Shown piece after piece: positions 29,173 through 39,288 of a DNA stretch of 64,000 nucleotides. The notes beneath the pieces are model-generated. The model was not told the origin of the DNA, ran no database searches, and worked only from the letters and a program-made list of their open reading frames with translations. The position numbers and the translations under genes were made by a program. Position 1 is the first letter of the stretch; every line of letters starts with the position of its first letter. Source of the stretch: Candidatus Sumerlaeales bacterium (GTDB taxonomy: Bacteria > Sumerlaeota > Sumerlaeia > Sumerlaeales > Sumerlaeaceae); the NCBI GenBank assembly GCA_038243585.1, contig JBBSQY010000006.1:1-64000 (forward strand), read 5' to 3'.

Positions 29173-29702
29173 TAGTCAGTGCCTCCCGCTAAGACGTTTT
29201 GCACAGGAGAATTATTATATTTTTCGAAAAGACTATCAAGCATTTCTGGCGTAACATTGCTGTGAAGGTCATCACCGACCATCATGCAGGGTGCCTTGTC
29301 GCAGTTGCCCAGACAAACAATAGGAAGCAGAGTGTACTCGCCATCCGGAGTTGTTTCGCCGAGGCGGATACCCAGTTTGTTTTCCAGGTGTTCCAGATTG
29401 TTGTCGCAGCCGCCAAGGTAGCAAGATATGGAATCGCAGGTGACGATAATCTTTTTCCCAACAGGTTGACGGAAAAACCAGTTGAAAAAAGTCGCAACAC
29501 CTTCGACTTCAGGTGCGGACACTCCAACGATATCTGCCGCTTCGTATATGGCGTGGTCCGGCAACCAACCGTCGTAGTGGGCCTGAAGCTGCTGCATAAC
29601 CCAGATAAGGCCAACGCGTCGGTTAGCGTAGTGAGTGCAGTGGTCAGATAATTCTTGTCGAAGTTCGTCAGGTAACATTTTAGTAATAATTTTATCGCTC
29701 AT
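29172..29702 (-). CDS. nuoE: NADH-quinone oxidoreductase subunit E
   Basis: CDSISC...CLGNCDKAP 2Fe-2S ligands. Confidence 0.95.
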   Translation of the reverse strand: MSDKIITKMLPDELRQELSDHCTHYANRRVGLIWVMQQLQAHYDGWLPDHAIYEAADIVGVSAPEVEGVATFFNWFFRQPVGKKIIVTCDSISCYLGGCDNNLEHLENKLGIRLGETTPDGEYTLLPIVCLGNCDKAPCMMVGDDLHSNVTPEMLDSLFEKYNNSPVQNVLAGGTD

Positions 29703-31462
29703 CGGTCAATATCCGCCAACACAAAGTCCATGGCACCAAGTGCCGCCAATAGATCACTCAATAGCGCGCCCTCACATAGTGCCGGCAGTGTTTGCATATG
29801 AGCAAAGCTTGGTGCTCTTATTCTCAATCGATAAGGAGATGTACGACCGTCACTTATTACATGATACGCCCCTGCCCCTTTTGGTTGTTCAACCATCATG
29901 AAGCTTTCACCCGCGGGCAAATCCAAGCCCCAACCCACTGCTAGGAAGTGGTTTATCAAAGTCTCGATATCCATCATGGTCTCAGCCTTGCGCGGCGGAA
30001 AAGCGTACCGATTATCACGGCTTATGTATTCGCCCTCGGGCATCAAGTTGACGCACTGCTTTATTATGCGAGCGCTCTGTTCCATTTCTGCATGGCGAAC
30101 AGCCCCCCTGGCCCAGCAATCGCCATCGGTAGATGTTGGCACATCAAACTCAAAAGCCTCGTAGCCTCCGTAAGGCATAGCCTTGCGGACATCCCATCTG
30201 GCTCCGCTTGCGCGTAAATTAGCCCCGGAAACGCCCCATTCCCAACATTCCGCTTCGTTCATGACACCCACGCCGACAGTACGGCTCTTAAAGACTGGGT
30301 TTTTAAACATAAGATTGTAATATTCGCTGAGGTGCTTGTCGAAGTCTTTGAGAAATTCAAGAATCGGCTGCCTCCATCCAGGTGGCAGATCCATGCTACA
30401 GCCGCCGATGCGCAGAAAATTAGGGTGCATGCGGCCACCAGTTATCATCTCGATAATTTTAAACAGATTTTCGCGTTCGCGGAAAGTATAAAAAACCGGG
30501 GTCATGGCGCCAACGTCATGGCCGAACGTTCCCAGCCAGACCAGGTGATTACAGATCCGATAAATTTCGCCAATCATGATACGCATGACTTGTGCGCGCT
30601 CTGGGACGTTGATTCCTGCAAGTTGCTCGCACGCCATCACATATGGAATTTCGTTGTAGATGCCGCCCAGATAATCAACCCGGTCAGTGTACGGGATAAA
30701 CGTATGAAACGTCTGACGCTCTGCAATTTTCTCATTGCCGCGATGATGGTATCCAATAACTGGATAAACTTTTTCGAGATGCTCCCCATTTAACGTGAGC
30801 ACTATACGAAGCACGCCGTGAGTGCCCGGGTGATTTGGGCCCACGTTAAGGATCATTAGATCTTCGCCACTTGGACCCTTTGTGCGTATTGCAGAGTCGC
30901 CGCTCGAGAAGGTTTCGTAGCCTTCGTATTCTTCTAAGTCTTCCGGGCGGATAACCAACGGCTCCATTTCGGTTGCCCGATTGGGATGCTCCTTCCGAAG
31001 CGGATACCCCTGCCACCAATCTGGCATAAGCATGCGGCGCATATTTGGATGTCCCTGAAATCGGATACCAAACATATCGTAGGCTTCGCGTTCATACCAG
31101 TTAGCGTTTTTATAAATACCGGTAATGGATGGGACGTCGGGCACATCGGCAGTTCCCTCAACTGGCACCTTTAGCAGAAGTGTTTCTGCGCGCTCAGGGC
31201 TGAGCAACACATACTGCATAGTGAAACGGTGCTTGTCGCCTGATGGACGCCCTTGTCTCTCGGATTCGTCCACGGCAGTTAGGTCGTATAATACCTTGTA
31301 GGGCTTAGCCACGTCAGTTTTCAGCCGATTAAGCGTGCTTACAATCTCGTCTGAACGGACAGTCCGTACTTCAGTGTAGCCAAGGATCCCTTTACTCTCT
31401 TTGAGTAAATCATCCTCGTTAGTTTCCCAGATTGGTTTTTCTACGTTTCGCGAAAACTTCAT
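29699..31462 (-). CDS. nuoCD: NADH-quinone oxidoreductase fused subunit C/D
   Basis: NuoC motif [20 protein letters not shown] followed in the same ORF by NuoD motifs [29 protein letters not shown]. Confidence 0.96.
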   Translation of the reverse strand: MKFSRNVEKPIWETNEDDLLKESKGILGYTEVRTVRSDEIVSTLNRLKTDVAKPYKVLYDLTAVDESERQGRPSGDKHRFTMQYVLLSPERAETLLLKVPVEGTADVPDVPSITGIYKNANWYEREAYDMFGIRFQGHPNMRRMLMPDWWQGYPLRKEHPNRATEMEPLVIRPEDLEEYEGYETFSSGDSAIRTKGPSGEDLMILNVGPNHPGTHGVLRIVLTLNGEHLEKVYPVIGYHHRGNEKIAERQTFHTFIPYTDRVDYLGGIYNEIPYVMACEQLAGINVPERAQVMRIMIGEIYRICNHLVWLGTFGHDVGAMTPVFYTFRERENLFKIIEMITGGRMHPNFLRIGGCSMDLPPGWRQPILEFLKDFDKHLSEYYNLMFKNPVFKSRTVGVGVMNEAECWEWGVSGANLRASGARWDVRKAMPYGGYEAFEFDVPTSTDGDCWARGAVRHAEMEQSARIIKQCVNLMPEGEYISRDNRYAFPPRKAETMMDIETLINHFLAVGWGLDLPAGESFMMVEQPKGAGAYHVISDGRTSPYRLRIRAPSFAHMQTLPALCEGALLSDLLAALGAMDFVLADIDR

Positions 31463-32013
31463 GCCCGAAAATCACCCGCCGCAATCAACGTTGATGATCC
31501 AGGAACCTTGGGTTTATCGTCCAAAACTAGACCCATAGGACGCTGGCGACTTTGCTGAATCTGTTCTTGCAGTAGAATCAAGCCTTCAAGAAAAGCCTCA
31601 GGCCGTGGGGGACAACCGGGAATATATACATCCACCGGCAGGATAGTATCAACTCCCTGAACCACACTGTATACGTCGTACATACCCCCGGAGTTAGCGC
31701 AGGAACCCATGGAAATCACCCATTTGGGTTCCATAAGCTGCTCGTAAAGCCTCACGATACTAGGGGCCATTTTCTTAAAAACGGTGCCTGCAATAACCAT
31801 AAGATCGGCTTCACGAGGGGTGCCACGCAGCACTTCCGCACCAAAACGACTTACATCATATTTTGATGTAAAGGAAGTCATCATTTCTACATAGCAGCAG
31901 CTAAGTCCAAAATTAAACGGCCAGATGGAGTACTTGCGACCCCAGTTAACCATATCAGTTAGTCGCGCAAAGACAAACGGCTGTTGTGTACTTTTTTCGT
32001 ATGATGGCGCCAT
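31459..32013 (-). CDS. nuoB: NADH-quinone oxidoreductase subunit B
   Basis: [34 protein letters not shown]. Start moved to ATG 32013, GGAGG 6 nt upstream. Confidence 0.95.
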   Translation of the reverse strand: MAPSYEKSTQQPFVFARLTDMVNWGRKYSIWPFNFGLSCCYVEMMTSFTSKYDVSRFGAEVLRGTPREADLMVIAGTVFKKMAPSIVRLYEQLMEPKWVISMGSCANSGGMYDVYSVVQGVDTILPVDVYIPGCPPRPEAFLEGLILLQEQIQQSRQRPMGLVLDDKPKVPGSSTLIAAGDFRA

Positions 32014-32363
32014 TCGAGACCTCCCCTCAGCCAGATGTAGGCTAATCCTCCGGATAAAAACCCGATAAATATCATTACTTTTACGAAGCCGTCCCACCCA
32101 AGATCTCGCACTGCAGTTCCATACGCATACAGGAAGGCGACTTCTACATCAAACAGGAGAAAAAATATGGCGACGAGATAATAGGGGATAGATGTGCGCA
32201 CATGCGCGCCCCCTGTGGGTGCAATACCGGACTCATATGGTGTGTCTTTGACTTTTGTATGGGTCGCTTTGCCTAAAAGGCGGCTTAGGCCAATAATAAT
32301 AAAGGCCATCCCAATTATCAGAAACGTATATATTAGAAGTTCAAACACCTGGTTCCAATTCAA
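31959..32363 (-). CDS. nuoA: NADH-quinone oxidoreductase subunit A
   Basis: [27 protein letters not shown]. Confidence 0.95.
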   Translation of the reverse strand: MNWNQVFELLIYTFLIIGMAFIIIGLSRLLGKATHTKVKDTPYESGIAPTGGAHVRTSIPYYLVAIFFLLFDVEVAFLYAYGTAVRDLGWDGFVKVMIFIGFLSGGLAYIWLRGGLEWRHHTKKVHNSRLSLRD

Positions 32364-32517
32364 CTATAAGTGGTCGTAGCGCCTTGTTCTACTAGGCATT
32401 CCGAACGCAATGCAATGAGGTGCTATGCAGCCGAGCAAGAGAAAAATTTCACAAACTTTTTATGAGATGGCTAATTTTTAACCTGTCACCATCTCCAGAG
32501 ACGTATAGGCGGTAAAC

Positions 32518-34578
32518 TTAGTTTTTGCGGGAAATTTCGTATACCATATCATTAAGAGACCCCACCAGAACCTTATCTTTCCAAAGCGTCGGCCCAGTAA
32601 AAATAAAGCCCGGTTGCAGTGCCACACTCCACTCAACCGCCTTTTCGGCAACGTTTAAGCAATACAGGTTACCGCCTACAGATCCTACATAGATGCGCCC
32701 GTCTTTAAACGCAGGAATCGAATCAAACAGATCATCTTTTTTTTCTGGTCTCACGTTTACATCAAACACTTTTAGTCCAGTTTCAACATGATGGCCGACC
32801 ACGTGACCATTTATGCTCCCCATATAGGCCACGTCGCCGTCGATAACAGCGGTGCTATAGCTGGGGCCAAGCTCAGCCTTATCTGGCTTGTAGGTCCAGA
32901 CCGTTCCGCCTGTCTGCTGACTGATGCAGCGCACGGTGTAGTCGTGGGAACAAAAAATAACGTTTTCACCAGAGATTACGGGATTTGACGTTGCGGCGGA
33001 AAAATGTCCGTTGGCCCTGTGCGCTACAGGAGCTTTCCAGATAAGCTCCCCAGTACTAGCGTCGACGGCGTAGTAAAAGTTGTCCCACGCCCCGAAAAAA
33101 AGTTTCCCATCCGCAAGAGCCGGAGTGCATTTAATTAGCTTTTCTGCCGCAAAACTCCATTTCTTATCTCCAGTTTTTAAATCTAAAGCGTACATGTTTT
33201 TGTCGCCACTACCGATATAAACCGTGTCGTCCGTCACAAGTGGGCTGGCCAGCACGGCTTGGTTAGTCTTATATTTCCACTCCACCCTGCCGTCTGTCCG
33301 GGCAAGACTGTAAACGTGGGAGTCCATGCTGCCTACGATGACCGACCCAGTAGTGACAGCGGGGGTTGACAAAATTTCGCTATTAAGATTCGTCTTCCAC
33401 AGGAGCGCCCCCTGTGGATCAGCCAGATTAATGGCGCGCATGAAACCGTCGTTTGCTCCGACATATAAGATGTCGTCTTTCACCACCGGGTGCGATTGAT
33501 TACCGCTGTCTAATTTAAACCGGCGACTTATCGTAGTGCGATTATCGGTTGCAGTTTCAAAGTTAAGAGTGCTGATAACAGACGTGCCGGAGTCAGGCAC
33601 TTCAACAGTCAATTGATGGATACCGTTATTAAAGGTGGTACCCGCCAGATCAAGGACGCCATCGCTGATGGTCAGGCCGTAGCTGGACATTTGATCCATC
33701 ACCATGCCGGCGGACCCGGAATAAGGTTTTCCCGCTAGGGTTACGGCCACCGTTTCTGATTGCGTCATTGTCGTAGTCAAATCGTTCCGCTTTAAGCTGT
33801 TGGTAGGCACCGGATCCTGGGTTTCTGTGATGTTCCGGTCATAGATGCGGGTTATCGATACCATCTTGTCCGGTTCAACGCGATAAACTCTGTAGCTCCG
33901 GTTGGGGGCTCCTCCATTGCTCACGCTTCCGCCCATAGCGTACGTGGTTCCGTTGCGGGAATATCGTTGAAAGGCGTGGCCGTGGCCGTCGCAGACGAGG
34001 GGAACGTTATAGCGGGAAATCAAGTCGGCGAATTGATACTCATTATCAATAAAGTGGCCGGGCGATAGCGGCGGATGGTGCATGGCAAGCACAGCACACA
34101 TTCCATCATTCATAGAAGCCAAATCGGCTTCAAGCTTCTTTAGCTGCTGCCCGTCGAAGTGACCATAATGTTCGATAAGCATGGAACTGTCCATCAGAAC
34201 GAACCGAACGCCGTTATAGTCTACGGTTTTATAAGCTTCCCCAAACGCGTGGCGATAATTCTCTTTTCCACTATTCGACCAGCGAACGTCATGATTTCCC
34301 ATTGCTGGGTAGACCGGTCTCTTACTGGATTTTAGTAATTCTGTTAAAGAGGTAAACTCCTCTTCGAACCCAAATTCCGTAACATCACCGGTTACAATAA
34401 TAAGTGCGGCTTCCGGAAAGTTTTTGTCCACGTCCTCAAGCGCTAGTTTGAGCTGTTCGGTGTTGCCTGGCGTCCCGATATGAGGATCAGAAAAGTGCAC
34501 GAACGTGAATGGCTTTATCTCGGCCGACGCAACAGTGGCATACGACAAAGTAAGAAACATAACAAGAGAACGGAGCAT
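32518..34578 (-). CDS. Secreted calcineurin-like metallophosphoesterase fused to a PQQ/BamB-type beta-propeller
   Basis: DPH, GD, GNHD, HHP, GHGH motifs, then repeats such as 'VYIGSGDKNMYALD..TG..KW'. Start moved to ATG 34578 (signal peptide follows). Confidence 0.85.
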   Translation of the reverse strand: MLRSLVMFLTLSYATVASAEIKPFTFVHFSDPHIGTPGNTEQLKLALEDVDKNFPEAALIIVTGDVTEFGFEEEFTSLTELLKSSKRPVYPAMGNHDVRWSNSGKENYRHAFGEAYKTVDYNGVRFVLMDSSMLIEHYGHFDGQQLKKLEADLASMNDGMCAVLAMHHPPLSPGHFIDNEYQFADLISRYNVPLVCDGHGHAFQRYSRNGTTYAMGGSVSNGGAPNRSYRVYRVEPDKMVSITRIYDRNITETQDPVPTNSLKRNDLTTTMTQSETVAVTLAGKPYSGSAGMVMDQMSSYGLTISDGVLDLAGTTFNNGIHQLTVEVPDSGTSVISTLNFETATDNRTTISRRFKLDSGNQSHPVVKDDILYVGANDGFMRAINLADPQGALLWKTNLNSEILSTPAVTTGSVIVGSMDSHVYSLARTDGRVEWKYKTNQAVLASPLVTDDTVYIGSGDKNMYALDLKTGDKKWSFAAEKLIKCTPALADGKLFFGAWDNFYYAVDASTGELIWKAPVAHRANGHFSAATSNPVISGENVIFCSHDYTVRCISQQTGGTVWTYKPDKAELGPSYSTAVIDGDVAYMGSINGHVVGHHVETGLKVFDVNVRPEKKDDLFDSIPAFKDGRIYVGSVGGNLYCLNVAEKAVEWSVALQPGFIFTGPTLWKDKVLVGSLNDMVYEISRKN

Positions 34579-34609
34579 CAAAAAAATCCTCAGATTGATT
34601 AATTGGAAA

Positions 34610-34652
34610 TAAAAAAATCGGTGGTTAAGAGCGTGCTCGTCAACCACCGATT
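34610..34652 (-). terminator. Intrinsic terminator after gcvPB
   Basis: AATCGGTGGTT / AACCACCGATT inverted repeat with a T-run on the minus strand. Confidence 0.75.
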
Positions 34653-34682
34653 CAATAAAGCGCCATAATTTAAAAAAAACTG

Positions 34683-36191
34683 TTACAAGGCTTCTACCAC
34701 GATTGGATTCCTGGCGGCGCCTAGTTCGTCGAGACGACGTACCGGCGTAGACAGGGGAGAGTCCACTACGTCAGCAGCATCAACTGAGCCTCTATTTGAA
34801 ATGTCAATCATAGCCGCTGCAAAAAGTTCAAGCATTTCCTTATTTTCAGTTTCGGTCGGCTCAATCATTATAGCTTCGGGCACAATGAGTGGGAAATAAG
34901 TTGTCGGAGGATGAAAGCCGTAGTCGATTAGCTTCTTTGCAATATCAACGGCCTTAACACCCATCTTCTTTTGGCGGGTTGCGTCTATTACGAATTCATG
35001 CATACAACGCTTACCGTAGGGAATATCGTACTTATCGACAAGCAATGATAAGAGATAATTGGCATTTAACACCGCGTAGTCACTGACGTCGCGAAGGCCT
35101 TGTTCTCCTAATTGCCGAAGATATACATAAGCGCGAACCACATGGGCAACGTTGCCAAAATAACTGCGAACCTTCCCAATGCTTCGCGGGTCGAAGTTAA
35201 AGTCATAATTGCCATCATTACTCTTAACTACTGTAGGAGCAGGCAGATACGGAGCGAGAAAATCTCGTACAACTATAGGGCCAGCACCAGGGCCTCCGCC
35301 TCCATGAGGAATACTGAAGGTTTTATGAAGATTAATATGCATCATGTCGCCGCCGAAATCGCCAGGGCGTACCCGCCCGACTATGGCATTAAAATTTGCA
35401 CCATCAATATATACGAGTCCTCCAGCCTGGTGCACTATTTCGGCTGCCTCAGCGAGACGGTCCTCGAACAGCCCGCAAGTATTGGGATTCGTTACCATAA
35501 GGCACGCGGTCCGGGGTCCAACTACTTTTTTTAAAGCTTCAATATCAATGCGGCCTGTGGAGTCAGATTTAATCTCGACCGGCTCCAGCCCTACACGAAA
35601 AGCCGATGCGGGATTTGTGCCATGGGCCGTGTCGGGAATGATGACTTGGGTGCGCTCCGTTTCGCCTTTGTCATCGAAGTAAGCCTTTGCCATCAACAGG
35701 CATGTGAATTCGCCATGGGCACCGGCTGCGGGCTGCAGAGAGACTCCGGGAAGGTTTGTCAGCTTGCCTAGAATCTCCTGCACTTGGTAATATGCTTCCA
35801 ATAAACCCTGCATGGTAGATGCCGGCTGATCCGGATGCAGATTCGAAAAACCAGGCAGGCCCGCCCCGAACTCATTGATTTTGGGATTATATTTCATTGT
35901 GCAGGAGCCCAATGGGTAGAAGGTCGTTTCTACTCCCATTGTCCTACCCGACAAGTGCGTGAAATGGCGCATAGTAGTCAGTTCGCTGACCTCCGGCAGT
36001 GCCGGCGGGGTTTCGCGCAAAAATCTTTCTGGTATCACGTCAGCGCAGACCCCTTTGGTTTCGGGAGGCTCCGGGGGCAATGAAAAGCCGGTCCGACCAG
36101 GGACGCTAAGCTCAAAGATCGTCTGCGTGTCCAGGCGTTCTTTTACGCTTAGATTGTTTTCTTCGACGGTGATCTGAATTCGCCTGCTCAT
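34683..36191 (-). CDS. gcvPB: Glycine dehydrogenase (decarboxylating) subunit 2
   Basis: YPLGSCTMKYNP, AHGTNPAS, HINLHKTFSIPHGGGGPG, MIEPTETE. Confidence 0.96.
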   Translation of the reverse strand: MSRRIQITVEENNLSVKERLDTQTIFELSVPGRTGFSLPPEPPETKGVCADVIPERFLRETPPALPEVSELTTMRHFTHLSGRTMGVETTFYPLGSCTMKYNPKINEFGAGLPGFSNLHPDQPASTMQGLLEAYYQVQEILGKLTNLPGVSLQPAAGAHGEFTCLLMAKAYFDDKGETERTQVIIPDTAHGTNPASAFRVGLEPVEIKSDSTGRIDIEALKKVVGPRTACLMVTNPNTCGLFEDRLAEAAEIVHQAGGLVYIDGANFNAIVGRVRPGDFGGDMMHINLHKTFSIPHGGGGPGAGPIVVRDFLAPYLPAPTVVKSNDGNYDFNFDPRSIGKVRSYFGNVAHVVRAYVYLRQLGEQGLRDVSDYAVLNANYLLSLLVDKYDIPYGKRCMHEFVIDATRQKKMGVKAVDIAKKLIDYGFHPPTTYFPLIVPEAIMIEPTETENKEMLELFAAAMIDISNRGSVDAADVVDSPLSTPVRRLDELGAARNPIVVEAL

Positions 36192-37543
36192 AAGAACTCT
36201 CCCAAAGCTTCCGCGAAGCCATCAATTTCCGCGTCTGTACGCTTTTCCGTAGTCGCAACCAACAGAAGATTTTCATATCCGCTGCCGCAGGTTTCAAAAA
36301 GCGGGGTGCCTGCAAGATAGCCTTTTAGCAGAAGAGCGTCGCGCACCTGCTGTGCAGGTCGGTTCGTTCGAATTACAAATTCCTTGAACACAGGTGCCGT
36401 AAACGCAATGGCATCAGTATGTTTTTTTAAAATGGCAGATTTTAACCGGTTCGTATTTCGCACACAGGCACGGGCAACTTCACCCATACCTTGCGGACCC
36501 ATCAGGCACATATAAATAGAGGCGCGCAAGGCGTTATGCGCGTGATTTGTACAGATATTTGAAGTCGCTTTTGCGCGGCGGATATGTTGCTCGCGGGTTT
36601 GCAGGGTAAGAACAAATCCACGCCGGTCTTCGCGGTCCTTTGTCTGGCCTACTAAACGCCCCGGCACTTTGCGCATAAACTCGGATTTACAAGTGAAAAT
36701 ACCAACGCTTTCGCCGCCGGCATATTGATTCAGCCCTAGCGGCTGTCCTTCGCCTACAGCAATATCAGCACCATAAGTCCCTGGTGGCGCCAGAACTCCC
36801 AAACTAATGGGGTCGGCAACAACAATAAATAACGCTCCAGATTCACGCACACGCTTTTCAATTCCATGCACATCCTCCAGACATCCGAAATAATTGGGAT
36901 GTTGAACAACAACGGCGGCTACGTCGTCGCCCAGACTTTCGCCCAGTGCTTGTACATCGGTAAGTCCATTTCCGGCTTTTACAATATCGACTTTTGTATT
37001 AAAATGAGCCATATAGGTCGCAACTAAAGCGCGGGAATCGGGATGAACAGATTCCGACATAACAATTCGGTTTCGGTCCGGATGAACAGCAAGCGCCATG
37101 AACACTGCTTCGCCGACAGCCGAGGCGCCGTCGTAAAGTGACGCGTTGGAAACCGGCATATCGTATAATCGACTGAGTAACGTCTGGTACTCAAAAAACG
37201 CCTGGAGCAGTCCTTGGCTTGCCTCGGGCTGATAAGGGGTGTAACCGGTAACGAACTCGCTGCGATTAGCCACGTGCATAATGGCAGTGGGAACAAAATG
37301 GTCGTAAATTCCGCCACCCATAAATGAGGTAAGGCTGTCAGCCGCCTGATTCCGGGCAGCCATGCGGGTTAGATGTCCTTGCAGTTCCAGTTCACTGAGA
37401 GCAGTCGGAATATCGAAAGTATCTTTGTGCTGAAGGTCGGAAGGTATCTGATCGTTAAAAATTTCATCAATGGACGTGGCATCAACTGCTGCCAACATCT
37501 CAATTATCTGGTCAGGGGTAGCCTGAATATAGGGGTTACTCAA
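36188..37543 (-). CDS. gcvPA: Glycine dehydrogenase (decarboxylating) subunit 1
   Basis: YTPYQPEASQG, NASLYDGA, LQTREQHIRRAKATSNICTN. Confidence 0.96.
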   Translation of the reverse strand: MSNPYIQATPDQIIEMLAAVDATSIDEIFNDQIPSDLQHKDTFDIPTALSELELQGHLTRMAARNQAADSLTSFMGGGIYDHFVPTAIMHVANRSEFVTGYTPYQPEASQGLLQAFFEYQTLLSRLYDMPVSNASLYDGASAVGEAVFMALAVHPDRNRIVMSESVHPDSRALVATYMAHFNTKVDIVKAGNGLTDVQALGESLGDDVAAVVVQHPNYFGCLEDVHGIEKRVRESGALFIVVADPISLGVLAPPGTYGADIAVGEGQPLGLNQYAGGESVGIFTCKSEFMRKVPGRLVGQTKDREDRRGFVLTLQTREQHIRRAKATSNICTNHAHNALRASIYMCLMGPQGMGEVARACVRNTNRLKSAILKKHTDAIAFTAPVFKEFVIRTNRPAQQVRDALLLKGYLAGTPLFETCGSGYENLLLVATTEKRTDAEIDGFAEALGEFL

Positions 37544-37932
37544 TGGGATTCCTCAGCCACCTGCTTCTCATAATCGTCCGGAGAAATAAGTCGTTCAACA
37601 TCTGCCGGATCATCGGGTGTAATTTTAATCATCCATCCGGTTCCGTAAGGCTCTTCTGAAACCTGATTTGGGTCGGCGACTACGGCATCATTGATGGCGC
37701 TTACTATTCCAGACACTGGCGCATAGAGATCACTGGCGGCCTTAACCGACTCAATAACTCCAAAACTGTCTCCAGCCTTTAGTTTACGGCCAGGCGTGGG
37801 AAGATCGACGAAAACAATTTCCTTATTGAGCTGCTCCACGGCAAAATCGGAAATACCGACGACGACTGAACCGTCCTCGAGCCGCGCCCACTCATGGGAT
37901 TTCTGATATCGTACGTTGTTGGGCCTGGACAT
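37540..37932 (-). CDS. gcvH: Glycine cleavage system H protein
   Basis: SHEW, GISDFA, IESVKAASDLYAPVSG (lipoyl-Lys). Confidence 0.97.
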   Translation of the reverse strand: MSRPNNVRYQKSHEWARLEDGSVVVGISDFAVEQLNKEIVFVDLPTPGRKLKAGDSFGVIESVKAASDLYAPVSGIVSAINDAVVADPNQVSEEPYGTGWMIKITPDDPADVERLISPDDYEKQVAEESH

Positions 37933-39050
37933 TAGCCGGCGTTCCTCCTGTAGAAGGGTCGTTTTATAATTTGAGCGGGTAGGGCCCGCCCGCGAATATC
38001 AATGCTGATACTACCGCCCACCGCGCTATGTTCTTTTTTAACGTAAGCAAGGCCTACGGTTTTTTGGAGAGTCGGAGAAAATATGCCGCTTGTAACCGTG
38101 CCAATACCGTTACCCGAAGCATTTAGTACAGAAAAGCCCTGACGCGCCACCGGCCCTCGCTGAAGCATTTCGAATCCAACCAGCCTGGTATCAGGTCCAC
38201 CGGAATTTTTTAAAGATTCCAGAGCAATGCGGCCTATAAAATCCTCCTTTTCCATTTCAATAAAGCGACCAAATCCGGCATGAAGCGGAGTGAGAGAGTC
38301 ATCCAGTTCGTGTCCATAAAGCGGCATCGCTGCCTCCAGACGAAGACTGTCCCGCGCCCCAAGTCCTATTGGCCTAACATTTCCTTCCGGCGCAGCGGCA
38401 ATCAGGCTGTCCCAAAGCGAAACAACGTTTTCAGATGGCAGATAAATTTCAAAACCATCCTCGCCGGTATAGCCGGTACGGGAAATTATCATTCGTCCGG
38501 GATATTTGGGATTGTCTAAACTGGCAAATTGATAGTAGTTTAAAGTGGATACGTCTGTTCCGAAGAGGTTTGACATTACCTCCGCGCTTAAGGGCCCCTG
38601 GAGGGCAATCATTCCCCAGGATTCACCGCGGTCGTCTAGCTCAACATTGCCATCAAAAGCGTTGGCCTGTTTCCGAATCCAATCTAAATCACGCTCGCGG
38701 TTGCCGGCATTAATCACCAGGAAAATTTCTTCAACATCGTAATACACAGTTATATCATCAATGACCGTCCCATCCTCCCGAAGCAAAAAGGAGTACTGCA
38801 CTTCACCCGGTTTCGCCGAGCTGACCTTTGCAGGGGTAAGATGATTTACGAAAGCGAATGCGTCGGAACCCCGAAGAAATAAGCGACCCATATGGCCAAG
38901 ATCAAATAGGCCGGCTTCGGCACGAGTGTGCTGATGTTCCTGCGTAATACCTTCGTAATAGAGGGGCATATGCCAGCCATTAAAATCAGTCATAGTTGCG
39001 CCGTGGGCGATATGCCACTCATTCAAAGCTGTTTTTTTCATAGGCGGCAA
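37932..39050 (-). CDS. gcvT: Aminomethyltransferase (T protein)
   Basis: FDLGHMG, SRTGYTGEDGFEI, GLGARDSLRLEA. Start may be ATG 39041. Confidence 0.97.
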   Translation of the reverse strand: MPPMKKTALNEWHIAHGATMTDFNGWHMPLYYEGITQEHQHTRAEAGLFDLGHMGRLFLRGSDAFAFVNHLTPAKVSSAKPGEVQYSFLLREDGTVIDDITVYYDVEEIFLVINAGNRERDLDWIRKQANAFDGNVELDDRGESWGMIALQGPLSAEVMSNLFGTDVSTLNYYQFASLDNPKYPGRMIISRTGYTGEDGFEIYLPSENVVSLWDSLIAAAPEGNVRPIGLGARDSLRLEAAMPLYGHELDDSLTPLHAGFGRFIEMEKEDFIGRIALESLKNSGGPDTRLVGFEMLQRGPVARQGFSVLNASGNGIGTVTSGIFSPTLQKTVGLAYVKKEHSAVGGSISIDIRGRALPAQIIKRPFYRRNAG

Positions 39051-39288
39051 GACTCCATCTTGTAATGCGTTATAAATATTATGTTATCAGTAAATCGAAG
39101 ATAAATGGGACAGCCCGTTGGAACGACTTTTCCCATCGGAAATTCGGACGCAACAACAATGGGAATTCGACGATATTTTTACTACACATTCTACTCGTTG
39201 TTTTTTAATAACCCACGACATTCGGTATGAGAAAAGTTAATCCGGGATTTTGGACTTCCGCCAAACTAGCGCTGCTGTATAATATCGA

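Noticed and set aside
20518..30793. Long alternative-frame or antisense ORFs within nuo genes (e.g. 20518-21090, 25885-26415, 28015-28632, 30332-30793)
   Set aside because: They fully overlap highly conserved genes and have no recognisable motifs; these are typical shadow ORFs.
39051..39288. Glycine riboswitch upstream of gcvT
   Set aside because: No GGAGA...CCGAAG...CTCAGG aptamer motifs on the minus strand; only a weak ATGGGA/TCCCAT stem.
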